35,234 nt of DNA from a virus. Its lineage: Duplodnaviria; Caudoviricetes. The position numbers and the translations under genes are program-made. The DNA is taken from IMG/VR virus record IMGVR_UViG_3300017766_001184, positions 1 through 35,234 of that record; one strand, 5' to 3'. The notes beneath the pieces were generated by a model, which was not told the origin of the DNA, searched no databases, and saw nothing but the letters and a program-made list of their open reading frames with translations. Numbering within the stretch: position 1 is the stretch's first letter; each line of letters begins with the position of its first letter. Shown here one piece after another: positions 1-7,427 of this stretch.

Positions 1-2
1 AT

Positions 3-641
3 GCTCCCGGCGCTGTAGTCGGTGCGGCACTGGGGGCATGTGACGACGTTGCGTCCGTCGGTCCACAGCCGCCAGCCGCAGGCCCGTCCGTCGGCGTCGG
101 GGTGGTCGCTGACGCAGTTGAGGGGGATGCCGACGTGGGCGGTGGACATGACGTCGCCGTGGCGCTTGAGCAGCCCGCGCTGCTCCCGCACCTCGCGTGC
201 GACTTCCTCGATTGGCCACTTGGCGTCCTCGACCATGAGGGCGAGCTGAGCCCGCAGGAAGCCCACCACGCCGTTGAGGGTGGCGTCCTGTGCGATGACG
301 CCACCGCGTGCCCGCCAGAGGCTTACGGGGCCGTACGGGGCCATGTGGCGGCGTTCCCGCCATGCGCGCTCCCACTCCTCGAGGACGGGCAGCGCATCTG
401 CCGCCATAGCGTCGTCGAGTGCGCCGACGTCGAGCGGGGGCCGTGATCCGGCCCTGCCGCTGCCGGTGTCCGTTCCGCTCGCGCGTGGCCTCGTCGCCGG
501 CGTGAGGTGGTCTGCTGCGGCGCGGGTCAGGGTGACGATGGCGCACAGGTCGTCGTCGAGCTTCGCGGCGCATCGCTGGCAGACGGTCCACCCGCCGACG
601 GGGTCGGCGTTGGCGCAGATGACGCACAGGTGGTCGGTCAC
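3..641 (-). CDS. Partial Zn-ribbon protein, probable phage late-gene regulator (runs off the window edge)
   Basis: Manually translated from GTG at 641, which overlaps the HNH stop: [14 protein letters not shown]...CQRC...SRPPLDV...[10 protein letters not shown]...C..CGWRL...TCPQC. The Cys pairs, RPPL motif and position after RusA/HNH match a gene type common at actinophage genome ends. Confidence 0.6.
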   Translation of the reverse strand, partial: MTDHLCVICANADPVGGWTVCQRCAAKLDDDLCAIVTLTRAAADHLTPATRPRASGTDTGSGRAGSRPPLDVGALDDAMAADALPVLEEWERAWRERRHMAPYGPVSLWRARGGVIAQDATLNGVVGFLRAQLALMVEDAKWPIEEVAREVREQRGLLKRHGDVMSTAHVGIPLNCVSDHPDADGRACGWRLWTDGRNVVTCPQCRTDYSAGS

Positions 642-1120
642 GCGACGCGCTCCGCTCGCTCGATCTCGCGGCGTCGCGCCGCTGCGATGCGTGATCGCTC
701 GCGGCTACACGTGATGCAGTTGCGAGCGGTTGGTCGTCCGGGTGGGCGGTAGGTGTTGGCCTCGTCGTAGGGGTGACCCGCCGAGCAGTGTGTCTTGCGG
801 CCCTGGTAGTTGTCCGTCCCGCGCAGCGCCGCCCAGCGCCCCTTGTGAATCGCGTCCCACACGTTGTCCGTTGGCGTTCCGAGAAACAGGTGGGCCGGGT
901 TGACGCACGGCGGGTTGTCGCAGCGGTGGCACACGACCATGCCCTCGGGGATGGGCCCGTTGTGGAGTTCGTAGCTGTAGCGGTGGGCGTAGGTAGTCCG
1001 TCCCTCAATCTGGATCTTCCCGTAGGCCCCAGAGTCGACCCAGGGCCAGCACTCTGCGGCGTCGAGCCCTGCCGTGCGTGACGCGAACCTGACTTCGGCG
1101 GGTCGGGGATGGGGTGCCAT
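638..1120 (-). CDS. HNH endonuclease with C-terminal Zn-binding domain
   Basis: CWPW...YG...AHRYSY...[20 protein letters not shown]...N (HNH_3 type), followed by [16 protein letters not shown]...CITC. Confidence 0.92.
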   Translation of the reverse strand: MAPHPRPAEVRFASRTAGLDAAECWPWVDSGAYGKIQIEGRTTYAHRYSYELHNGPIPEGMVVCHRCDNPPCVNPAHLFLGTPTDNVWDAIHKGRWAALRGTDNYQGRKTHCSAGHPYDEANTYRPPGRPTARNCITCSRERSRIAAARRREIERAERVA

Positions 1121-1524
1121 TACAGAACCTCTCGGATTGTCAGGATGAGTCTGGGGTCACCGTCGGGGGGTAAAATCTGAGGCATCGACCGGACCATGTA
1201 CGCCGGGGTGTCGTCGGGGACGATCCCGGCGTCGACGATGCCGTCGCACAGCGCCTTGAACAGCGGCACGACGAGGTTGTCTGGGTCGCGGCGGCGCTTG
1301 TCGCGGGGGACGTAGGTGAGGCCGACGGCGATGCGCTCCAGCACCGGCGCGGGGGCGGGGCTGTGGACGCCGATGGCGAGGTACACGAGCCCGTGTGCCG
1401 CGAGGCGTACCTCGGCCACCTTGCGCGCCTTGACCCGCCAGTGGTCGCGGTCGTTCGCGCTTGCCGGGGGCACGGACCACGGCAGCCGGATCTCCCACGT
1501 CCGCCCGTACCGCTCGGCGCTCAC
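1120..1524 (-). CDS. rusA: RusA-like Holliday junction resolvase
   Basis: PPASAN...[10 protein letters not shown]...[16 protein letters not shown]: the RusA acidic catalytic motifs. Confidence 0.85.
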   Translation of the reverse strand: MSAERYGRTWEIRLPWSVPPASANDRDHWRVKARKVAEVRLAAHGLVYLAIGVHSPAPAPVLERIAVGLTYVPRDKRRRDPDNLVVPLFKALCDGIVDAGIVPDDTPAYMVRSMPQILPPDGDPRLILTIREVL

Positions 1525-1865
1525 GGTCGCTCCCGGATGATGCGCGCGATGTGCAGTGCTTCCTCGCGGCGGATCTGGCAGACGGTCGCCGCGGTTCGGT
1601 CCTGGTACGTGATGGTGAGCGAGTCGAGTTCCGCCGCGCGCGCCTCAACAGCCCCCGCGAGTCGTTCCCGCAGGTCGCCGTCGTGCGCGTCGAGGGCAGC
1701 GACAACGGCGCGGGCGGCGTAGTCGACGGTGCGGCGGTGGTCGGGCAGTTCCGGGAGGTGCGCGTCGATCGCCTCCGCCGCGACCTCGACACGGCGCTCG
1801 TCGGCGGGAGGCGCGCAGCGGTCGCAGGGTCGGTCGTCGGCGTAGCCGTGGAGGCATCGGGTCAC
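1521..1865 (-). CDS. Hypothetical protein (114 aa)
   Basis: GTG start overlapping the upstream stop (GTGA); MTRCLHGYADDRPCDRC...; stop overlaps the RusA start. Confidence 0.6.
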   Translation of the reverse strand: MTRCLHGYADDRPCDRCAPPADERRVEVAAEAIDAHLPELPDHRRTVDYAARAVVAALDAHDGDLRERLAGAVEARAAELDSLTITYQDRTAATVCQIRREEALHIARIIRERP

Positions 1866-2149
1866 GACGCACCGTCCACGGCAGCGCGGACCAGCACGGA
1901 CCACACGCGGTTGCGGCCCTCGGGTCCGTCGCACAGCGCAAGCACGGCGGCGACCTGGGCCTCGGCCTTCTCGGCGCGCGTCGTGAGCTGCTGGCGGATC
2001 GCATCCTGCGACTCGTCGCGGCGGCGGTGCTCGGCGTTCACGTAGGTCAGCCGCTCGACCTCGGCGAGGAGGAACCGCACGTCCTCGGTGGCGTTCAGGT
2101 GGCCGTCTCGGACGCGGATCGCGTCGAGGTCGAGCGGGGTGTCGGTCAC
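1862..2149 (-). CDS. Hypothetical coiled-coil protein (95 aa)
   Basis: MTDTPLDLDAIRVR...EDVRFLLAEVERL, a motif frequent in small actinophage early genes; coupled overlaps at both ends. Confidence 0.7.
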   Translation of the reverse strand: MTDTPLDLDAIRVRDGHLNATEDVRFLLAEVERLTYVNAEHRRRDESQDAIRQQLTTRAEKAEAQVAAVLALCDGPEGRNRVWSVLVRAAVDGAS

Positions 2150-2388
2150 GACGTCTCTCCTGTCGTGGGGGCGTGGCGGTCGGCGCGGCCGGGGGTGCGT
2201 ACAACGAACGCTGTGGAGGTGGCAGCATCCGTTGCCCCAGGCCGCGCCGAGATCGTGTTTGTCGTGCAGTGGCAGTGAGTCCCGGGCGCGGCGGATGCCG
2301 TGCACCAGCGCGTGCCCGGGCCGCCCGGGTGTGCACGGTGCCCGCAGTCAACGCAGGGGGGCTGGTCAGTGGCGGTGTCGGGGGTCAT
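2146..2388 (-). CDS. Hypothetical Cys/His-rich protein (80 aa)
   Basis: CVDCGH...H...C...CHC; stop-start overlaps at both ends. Confidence 0.55.
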   Translation of the reverse strand: MTPDTATDQPPCVDCGHRAHPGGPGTRWCTASAAPGTHCHCTTNTISARPGATDAATSTAFVVRTPGRADRHAPTTGETS

Positions 2389-2762
2389 CGGCCCTCCTCA
2401 GGGGCGTGGCGGTCGAGCAGGGCAGTGAGGTCGTCGAGCAGGTCGGTCACGGTCGTGGCGTCGAACGCGTCGCCGATGTCGCGCGTCTTGTACCCGCGCC
2501 ACGTCCTCGCTTCGGCCACCTTCGCCCGCAACTCCGCGTCGAGGGCGGCGTGGGCGGTGCGGCTGGCGTCCCGCTCGGCCTGGACACCCGCGAGCATCCC
2601 GGCGCGGCGGTCGATCTCCTCCGACGCCCACACGGCCTTCCGCAGCCGCTCCACCTCGTCGGCGGCGTCGCACAGGGCGTCGCGCTCGGCGGCGGTGATG
2701 ACGATGCGGTCGGGCAGTATCGTGACGGGACGCGCACGGAGCGCGGCGGTGTCGGGTGTCAT
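2385..2762 (-). CDS. Hypothetical protein (125 aa)
   Basis: ATG overlapping the upstream stop, preceded by GAGG; contains AADEVERLR. Confidence 0.65.
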   Translation of the reverse strand: MTPDTAALRARPVTILPDRIVITAAERDALCDAADEVERLRKAVWASEEIDRRAGMLAGVQAERDASRTAHAALDAELRAKVAEARTWRGYKTRDIGDAFDATTVTDLLDDLTALLDRHAPEEGR

Positions 2763-3202
2763 GAGCGGTCCTCTGTCGTGTCGGCGGTGATGCGGGCGAG
2801 CTCGGCCATGCGCTCGGCGGCGGTGACGGCGGACGGATGGCGCTCGGCGTCGGACGGGCCGTCGCCGCGAGGGTTGACGTACCGCAGCCCGTTCGGGTGG
2901 CGCACGTCGCCGTCGCCGGCGCCGAGGATGGCGCTGCGGGCGACGGCGGCGTAGGCGCGGTCGTCGGCGAGGAGCGCGGCCCGGACATCGGCCCAGCGCC
3001 AGTCGGGGCGTAGGGCTGTGATGACGCGGGCGAGGGCTGACCATTCGTTGAGTTCGGGGTCGCGCCCTAGTGCCACACTCCGGCTGGAAGTCGGTTTTCC
3101 CTGTGCTGTGCTGTGCTTCGCTTCATTGAGACCGGAATCCGCCGGAACGTGTACCGGATTCCGCCCGGAATCCGCCCGGAATCCGCCCGGAATGGCCGTC
3201 AT
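2759..3202 (-). CDS. C-terminal half of a split replication initiator (iteron-encoded linker plus helical domain)
   Basis: MTAIPGGFRADSGRNP... is encoded by the iteron array, then ALARVITALRPDW...; ATGA overlap with the upstream half and GAGGAG shortly upstream. Confidence 0.6.
   Translation of the reverse strand: MTAIPGGFRADSGRNPVHVPADSGLNEAKHSTAQGKPTSSRSVALGRDPELNEWSALARVITALRPDWRWADVRAALLADDRAYAAVARSAILGAGDGDVRHPNGLRYVNPRGDGPSDAERHPSAVTAAERMAELARITADTTEDRS
3101..3197. repeat. Probable replication origin: 11-bp iterons plus 5-bp repeats
   Basis: CCGGAATCCGC-type units at 3132, 3154, 3165, 3176 and 3187 (11-bp phase), next to (CTGTG)x3-CTTCG-CTTCA at 3101-3125, all inside the initiator gene. 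Confidence 0.75.
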
Positions 3203-3552
3203 GCGCTGTCTCCTCTCATGCGGGCTTTGCGGTCGCGCTCCATGCGGAGCCGTGCCTGCCGCGCCTCGCGCGACTCGTTCCAGTTCAGCCACCCGGTGAT
3301 GCCGTAGATGCCCGGTGGGCCTTCCTCCACGGCGCCGACTTCAATGAGGCGGGTGATGCGTTTGCGCCAGTTCGTGATGCCGAACCGTGCGATCTGCCCG
3401 GCCTCTAGCACGCCGTCGGAGTCGAGCTGCTTGGCCTTTGTGGACATGGCGAGGTACAGCCACCCGGCGGCTTCTCCGGCGGCGATGATCTTCGGGTCGT
3501 CGAAGAAGTTGACGTCGAGGGGCACGTAGATGCGCGTCGCGGTGCGGGCCAT
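3199..3552 (-). CDS. Replication initiator, N-terminal winged-helix half
   Basis: LDVNFFDDPKIIAAGEAAGWLY...SDG...LIEVG...I.GWLNWNES...RERDRKARMR, typical of the N-terminus of phage replisome organisers. Confidence 0.75.
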   Translation of the reverse strand: MARTATRIYVPLDVNFFDDPKIIAAGEAAGWLYLAMSTKAKQLDSDGVLEAGQIARFGITNWRKRITRLIEVGAVEEGPPGIYGITGWLNWNESREARQARLRMERDRKARMRGDSA

Positions 3553-4511
3553 TACGCGGCGTCCCCGCCGAACAGGTCAGCCTGCTCATGCGCCCCGAGG
3601 CACGCGGGGCTGACCCAGAGACGTTCACGGCGCCCGTTGTCGGCGCGCACGCTGTACCCGGCGCCCCCGCCAGCCTTCCCAGCGGTTGCGGTCCACCCGA
3701 GGGGAAGGAGGTCGTCGTGCTCGTCGTCGTAGCCGCAGAGCACGATCCGGAGGTCGCTCGGCGCCGTCTTGCACCACTCACGAACGTCGGCACTGACTGT
3801 GCTGTCGCCGTGGGCGTACAGGTCGCCACTGGTGGCGTACGGCGGGTCGAGGAACAGCGCGCGCGACCCGTCGCCACCCGCGCCACTGCGAGTGACTGAG
3901 GGCTGTACGACCCGACGCCAGTCCCCGCAGGTGATACGCACGCGGGTCATGCGCGCTGAGAGTCGCCCGAGGTAGTCGATGAGTCCCTGGCCCGCGTTGC
4001 CGAGGTGGGGGAGTTCCCGGTTCACGCCCCGGCCCGCGTCGCCGAGGTGGGGGAGTTTGCGCGAGTCGCGGAGGTGACCGTCAACCACGCGCCACGGGCC
4101 AGACCCGAACGGGTCACCGATGCCGCACGCCAGGACGTACAGCCACCACCCTGCAGCCTTCGCGTCGTGGTTCTCCGGGTCGCCCTCGAGCCACGCCACG
4201 AGGTCCGGCGTCCGGCGCTCGTTCAGCCACGCGAGACGCGCATGGTAGTCGATCTCAGTCACGGGGCCGTAGGCGTGCTCGGCGACGCGGGCCGGGGCGT
4301 GTTGGATCGAGCGCCACGCGTTCACCAGCCACCCGTCGGCGTCGTTCAGCGTCTCGACGCGGCGCCCCTTGAACTCGGGGCGTGCGAGCAGGACGGCGGC
4401 GGAACCTGCGAACGGCTCGACGTAACCCGACGGGTCGCCAAGTCGCGGCCAGATGAGCGACGCCGCCCGGCGCTTGCCGCCGAAGTACGGGAATGGCGCG
4501 GCGAGTGTCAC
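3552..4511 (-). CDS. D12-class N6-adenine DNA methyltransferase
   Basis: APFPYFGGK, YVEPFAGSAAV, ETLND and FLDPPY motifs; GTG start at 4511 with a GGAGG RBS. Confidence 0.92.
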   Translation of the reverse strand: MTLAAPFPYFGGKRRAASLIWPRLGDPSGYVEPFAGSAAVLLARPEFKGRRVETLNDADGWLVNAWRSIQHAPARVAEHAYGPVTEIDYHARLAWLNERRTPDLVAWLEGDPENHDAKAAGWWLYVLACGIGDPFGSGPWRVVDGHLRDSRKLPHLGDAGRGVNRELPHLGNAGQGLIDYLGRLSARMTRVRITCGDWRRVVQPSVTRSGAGGDGSRALFLDPPYATSGDLYAHGDSTVSADVREWCKTAPSDLRIVLCGYDDEHDDLLPLGWTATAGKAGGGAGYSVRADNGRRERLWVSPACLGAHEQADLFGGDAA

Positions 4512-4681
4512 GCCTCCTCCTTCGTGTCGATGCTGTGCCTGCCCGCTGCGATGAACGCGGCGTGCGCGGTGGGGTGGATGACGTCGGGGCACCAGCCGCA
4601 GCCGTCGGTGGTGCAGACGGCGACCCACGCGGCGTACAGGCCGGGGGCGCGGATGATGTCGACGGCGTGCGGCTCGGTCAC
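4508..4681 (-). CDS. Small hypothetical Cys/His protein (57 aa)
   Basis: Manually translated MTEPHAVDIIRAPGLYAAWVAVCTTDGCGWC...H; fills the gap between two methylases with GTGA overlaps. Confidence 0.6.
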   Translation of the reverse strand: MTEPHAVDIIRAPGLYAAWVAVCTTDGCGWCPDVIHPTAHAAFIAAGRHSIDTKEEA

Positions 4682-5379
4682 GCGGCACGCTCCGCGACGT
4701 ACGCCAGGAGCTGCGCGCCGAGGTGTTCGGTGTACGCCGGCGGGATGGCCTGAGACAGGTCGTCGCCGGACATCCAGTCGATGCCCATGAGCTCCCGGCG
4801 GACGTGGACCTTGGGGGTGTAGCCGCCGCGGCGGACCTCTCGGGCGTGTCGTCGGTCGCTCGAGCCGCCCCCGTAGACGCCGCCGACGTCGACCGCCGGG
4901 TCGTGGCGGCAGGGGCCGGGCGCCATGAGCAGCGCATTCGACTCGAACAGGCGGTGGCGTCGGAGGGCGAGTGGCGTCCCGTCGTCATCGGTGGCGCGCA
5001 GGTCGAACATGGAGCCGCAGAGGGTGACGTACTGCTGCATGGGGACGCCGGGGACGTTCTCGATGACCCACATGCCGCCGGTGCGCTCGGCCCATGCCAC
5101 GAGGGCGTCGCGGACGGGGGCGTACAGGTCGGGGTGCTCGACGTTGTGCGTGTGCTTCGTGATGCTGTACGCCTGGCACGGAGGGCTCGCGTGAATCACG
5201 TCGAAGCCGTCGAGGTAGGCGTGGTCGGCGAGGACGTCCATCGCGTCACCGACGGTGATCTCGTAGGGGTAGCTGCGGTGCGGCTCGCTGTCGACGCCGA
5301 CGACGTCGAAGCCCGCCCGGTCATAGCCGACGGAGCAGCCGCCCGCGCCACAGAACAGGTCGAGCAGTCGGGGCCTCAC
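4678..5379 (-). CDS. C5-cytosine DNA methyltransferase (short phage type)
   Basis: LDLFCGAGG (motif I), HASPPCQ (IV), IENV (VI), RHRLFE (VIII), QAIPPAYT (X). Confidence 0.92.
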   Translation of the reverse strand: MRPRLLDLFCGAGGCSVGYDRAGFDVVGVDSEPHRSYPYEITVGDAMDVLADHAYLDGFDVIHASPPCQAYSITKHTHNVEHPDLYAPVRDALVAWAERTGGMWVIENVPGVPMQQYVTLCGSMFDLRATDDDGTPLALRRHRLFESNALLMAPGPCRHDPAVDVGGVYGGGSSDRRHAREVRRGGYTPKVHVRRELMGIDWMSGDDLSQAIPPAYTEHLGAQLLAYVAERAA

Positions 5380-5726
5380 GCGACACGCTCCGAGAAATCT
5401 TCCCCAGATGTATTGACACCTGTATAGACAGGGTGCATCATTGACCCATGAGCACAGAGCAGACCCGCCGCCCCCTGATCTTTAGCGCGACCGCAGACGC
5501 GATGGTCCCCATGACCGACGAGCAGTTGCTCGTCGAGGGCTGGGTCCGACTCCGCAACGGCAACTACCGCAAGTCGGTCTGACATGCCGACCCCCATGCG
5601 CGCCATGCGCATCCCCGACGACCTCTGGAACGCCGTGCGGGAGAAGGCTGAGCGCGACGGTACGAACGTGACGGCGGTCGTCGTCGCGGCGCTGTCGCGG
5701 TACGTCAAGCGCGGCTGAGCCCTCAT
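5376..5726 (-). CDS. Possible antisense bridging ORF (116 aa) spanning the plus-strand cassette
   Basis: ATG at 5726 overlaps the stop of the WhiB-like gene; the frame stays open to TGA 5376-5378, which overlaps the methylase GTG. Confidence 0.35.
   Translation of the reverse strand: MRAQPRLTYRDSAATTTAVTFVPSRSAFSRTAFQRSSGMRMARMGVGMSDRLAVVAVAESDPALDEQLLVGHGDHRVCGRAKDQGAAGLLCAHGSMMHPVYTGVNTSGEDFSERVA
5413..5441 (+). promoter_or_regulatory. SigA-type promoter with palindromic operator, probably giving a leaderless transcript
   Basis: TTGACA (5413-5418), 17 bp, CATCAT (5436-5441). The spacer contains the inverted repeat CCTGT-ATAG-ACAGG, and the ATG lies 6 nt after the -10 box. Confidence 0.75.
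5448..5582 (+). CDS. Small hypothetical protein (44 aa)
   Basis: Manually translated MSTEQTRRPLIFSATADAMVPMTDEQLLVEGWVRLRNGNYRKSV, directly after the promoter. Confidence 0.65.
   Translation: MSTEQTRRPLIFSATADAMVPMTDEQLLVEGWVRLRNGNYRKSV
5584..5718 (+). CDS. Ribbon-helix-helix (Arc/CopG-like) DNA-binding protein
   Basis: MPTPMRAMRIPDDLWNAVREKAERDGTNVTAVVVAALSRYVKRG: alternating beta ribbon, helix A, G-x-x turn, helix B. Confidence 0.88.
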   Translation: MPTPMRAMRIPDDLWNAVREKAERDGTNVTAVVVAALSRYVKRG

Positions 5727-6307
5727 GCCGGCGCCTCCAGCGCGCCGGGCTCGAAGTACACGACGCGCCCGTGCGACCACACGACACCGCCAGCGATGCC
5801 CTGCCACTCCTTGCCCAACCCGCGGGGGTCCATCACGTCGAGGCACCACTGCCGCGTCGCCAGCGGGCACGCCGCGCACAGCGTGAGGCCGTTGCGGATG
5901 TCGGGGTTGCGGTCGGGGTGCAGTTCCTTCGGCAGGAGCCCGTCGGAGTCCATCGTCACGCCGGCGCAGGGCGTCTCGGTCGGCGGCGTCGGGATAGGGA
6001 TGGCCCACGGCGCGGTGGGGGCGACGGTGGGGTTGCCGTAGCCCTCGACGCGCAGCTTCTTCAGCGCCATGAAGGCGGCGTTGCGGGTGATGCCGAGCCG
6101 TTCGGCGATGGCCTTGGGGGTGACGTGGCCTTGGTCGACGAGGTCGGCGACGGTGCCGCGACGGTCGACGTGCAGGGGGGCGTACTCGCCGAGGCGCCCG
6201 GAGGTCTTGGCGCGGTCGTAGCAGGTGGTGCAGAGGCCGCGTCTGTACATGACCATGTCGCGGTTGCATTCGACGCAGATGCCGCGGGAGCGTCCCTTGC
6301 GGCTCAC
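5723..6307 (-). CDS. Zn-finger + HTH + WhiB-like fusion regulator
   Basis: CVEC...RGLCTTCY; TPKAIAERLGITRNAAFMALKK; C...LCAACP...WC...GIAGG (WhiB Cys pattern and G-x-x-GG turn). Confidence 0.75.
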   Translation of the reverse strand: MSRKGRSRGICVECNRDMVMYRRGLCTTCYDRAKTSGRLGEYAPLHVDRRGTVADLVDQGHVTPKAIAERLGITRNAAFMALKKLRVEGYGNPTVAPTAPWAIPIPTPPTETPCAGVTMDSDGLLPKELHPDRNPDIRNGLTLCAACPLATRQWCLDVMDPRGLGKEWQGIAGGVVWSHGRVVYFEPGALEAPA

Positions 6308-6516
6308 GTCGCCACCTCCCGCAGCGCGGTCATCGCGGCGTCGAGGCGGGTCGCGGCGGTGGTGTGCTCGTCGAAGCTGCGGGCCTCGGTCCACTGCTCC
6401 CACGCCGCGACGGCCTCGCGGGTGCGCTGCATGGCGCAGATGGCACAGCCGCTCGGGTTGTGGACGTAGGGCGTGCGCTGCCCTGGTGGCAGGTACGTCG
6501 TCGTCGGCTCGGTCAT
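6304..6516 (-). CDS. Hypothetical protein (70 aa)
   Basis: MTEPTTTYLPPG...H...CAIC; coupled overlaps. Confidence 0.6.
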   Translation of the reverse strand: MTEPTTTYLPPGQRTPYVHNPSGCAICAMQRTREAVAAWEQWTEARSFDEHTTAATRLDAAMTALREVAT

Positions 6517-6872
6517 GCCGCACCGCCGGGCTGCGTGATGACGACGGCCTGTCCCCATCGCTCAACGACGCAGAGCGTGCGGTTTCCGTTGGCGCTGCCG
6601 TAGTCGTCGGCGTACACGTCGGTCCCGGTGTTGAACCGGAAGACGCCGCCCTTGTAGCCCTGGAAGATCGCGCCGGCGAGGGCGTCGTCGACCTTGGCGA
6701 GCAGGTCGCCGACAGTCAGCCGCTCGTTTGAGCAGTCGGCCCACGTGAGGGTGGCTTCGGTGTAGTCGCCGCGCCACGAGTCGAGGCCAGCGACGCCTGC
6801 GCCGAAGTCGAGGACGACCTGCGCGGCGGGGTCTATCTCGGCGAGCTGCTTGCGGAGTGTTTCGAGGTTCAT
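6513..6872 (-). CDS. Phage hypothetical protein (119 aa)
   Basis: MNLETL...DSWRGDY...FQGYKGG...; protein-like composition and coupled overlaps. Confidence 0.75.
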   Translation of the reverse strand: MNLETLRKQLAEIDPAAQVVLDFGAGVAGLDSWRGDYTEATLTWADCSNERLTVGDLLAKVDDALAGAIFQGYKGGVFRFNTGTDVYADDYGSANGNRTLCVVERWGQAVVITQPGGAA

Positions 6873-7003
6873 GGCTGCTCCGTGGGGTAGGCGGGGAACG
6901 CGCCCGGTCGTGCCGGATGCGGGTCGAGCGCGTCGAGGGCGGTGGCGGCGCGGCACCAGTGGCCGCAGTCGCAGGAGGTGCGCGGGCAGTCGGGGGGCGT
7001 CAT
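6869..7003 (-). CDS. Small Cys-rich hypothetical protein (44 aa)
   Basis: MTPPDCPRTSCDCGHWC...; ATGA overlaps at both ends. Confidence 0.5.
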   Translation of the reverse strand: MTPPDCPRTSCDCGHWCRAATALDALDPHPARPGAFPAYPTEQP

Positions 7004-7269
7004 GAGCGCGACCATCGCTCGCCGCAGTCGGGGCAAAGCCACTCCACGATGCGGTCGCGCTCCGGGTCACTGACGCCGATGAGCCGCGAGAAGAACCGAT
7101 CCTCGGCTGCCCTCTCGCCGTAGGGGAGGCAGAAGCACCGTCCGTAGCGTGCGAACGCCTCGGCGTGGTGTGCGGGGTCGACGTCGTGCAGCGCCGCATC
7201 GAAGTAGCGGTCGGGGATCGGCTCGCCGCGCAGGTCGCACCCGTTGGGGCACGTCGGCTCGGCACTCAC
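7000..7269 (-). CDS. Zn-ribbon hypothetical protein (89 aa)
   Basis: CPNGCDLRGEPIP...FSRLIGV...WLCPDCGERW. Confidence 0.7.
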   Translation of the reverse strand: MSAEPTCPNGCDLRGEPIPDRYFDAALHDVDPAHHAEAFARYGRCFCLPYGERAAEDRFFSRLIGVSDPERDRIVEWLCPDCGERWSRS

Positions 7270-7427
7270 GCGAACCACGCCCGCCACACCAGCCAGCACC
7301 CGCCGACGATCAGCACCACCGACACGGCACCGGCCCACAGCAGCACGGGGGCGTCCTGTCCGCAGCGGGGACGGCACACGTCGCAGCCGCCGTCGTCACC
7401 GCAGCCGAGACACAGGTGCGCGGTCAC
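7266..7427 (-). CDS. Small Cys-rich membrane protein (53 aa)
   Basis: CLGC..CDVC followed by the hydrophobic segment VLLWAGAVSVVLIVGGCWLVW. Confidence 0.55.
   Translation of the reverse strand: MTAHLCLGCGDDGGCDVCRPRCGQDAPVLLWAGAVSVVLIVGGCWLVWRAWFA

Noticed and set aside
2370-2762. Two adjacent genes both begin MTPDTA
   Set aside because: The short shared start is typical of mosaic gene-boundary exchange, and the similarity does not extend further.
3132-3197. Iteron array as a CRISPR or mini-array
   Set aside because: The 11-bp units are abutting with no spacers, and their position in the initiator gene fits an origin.
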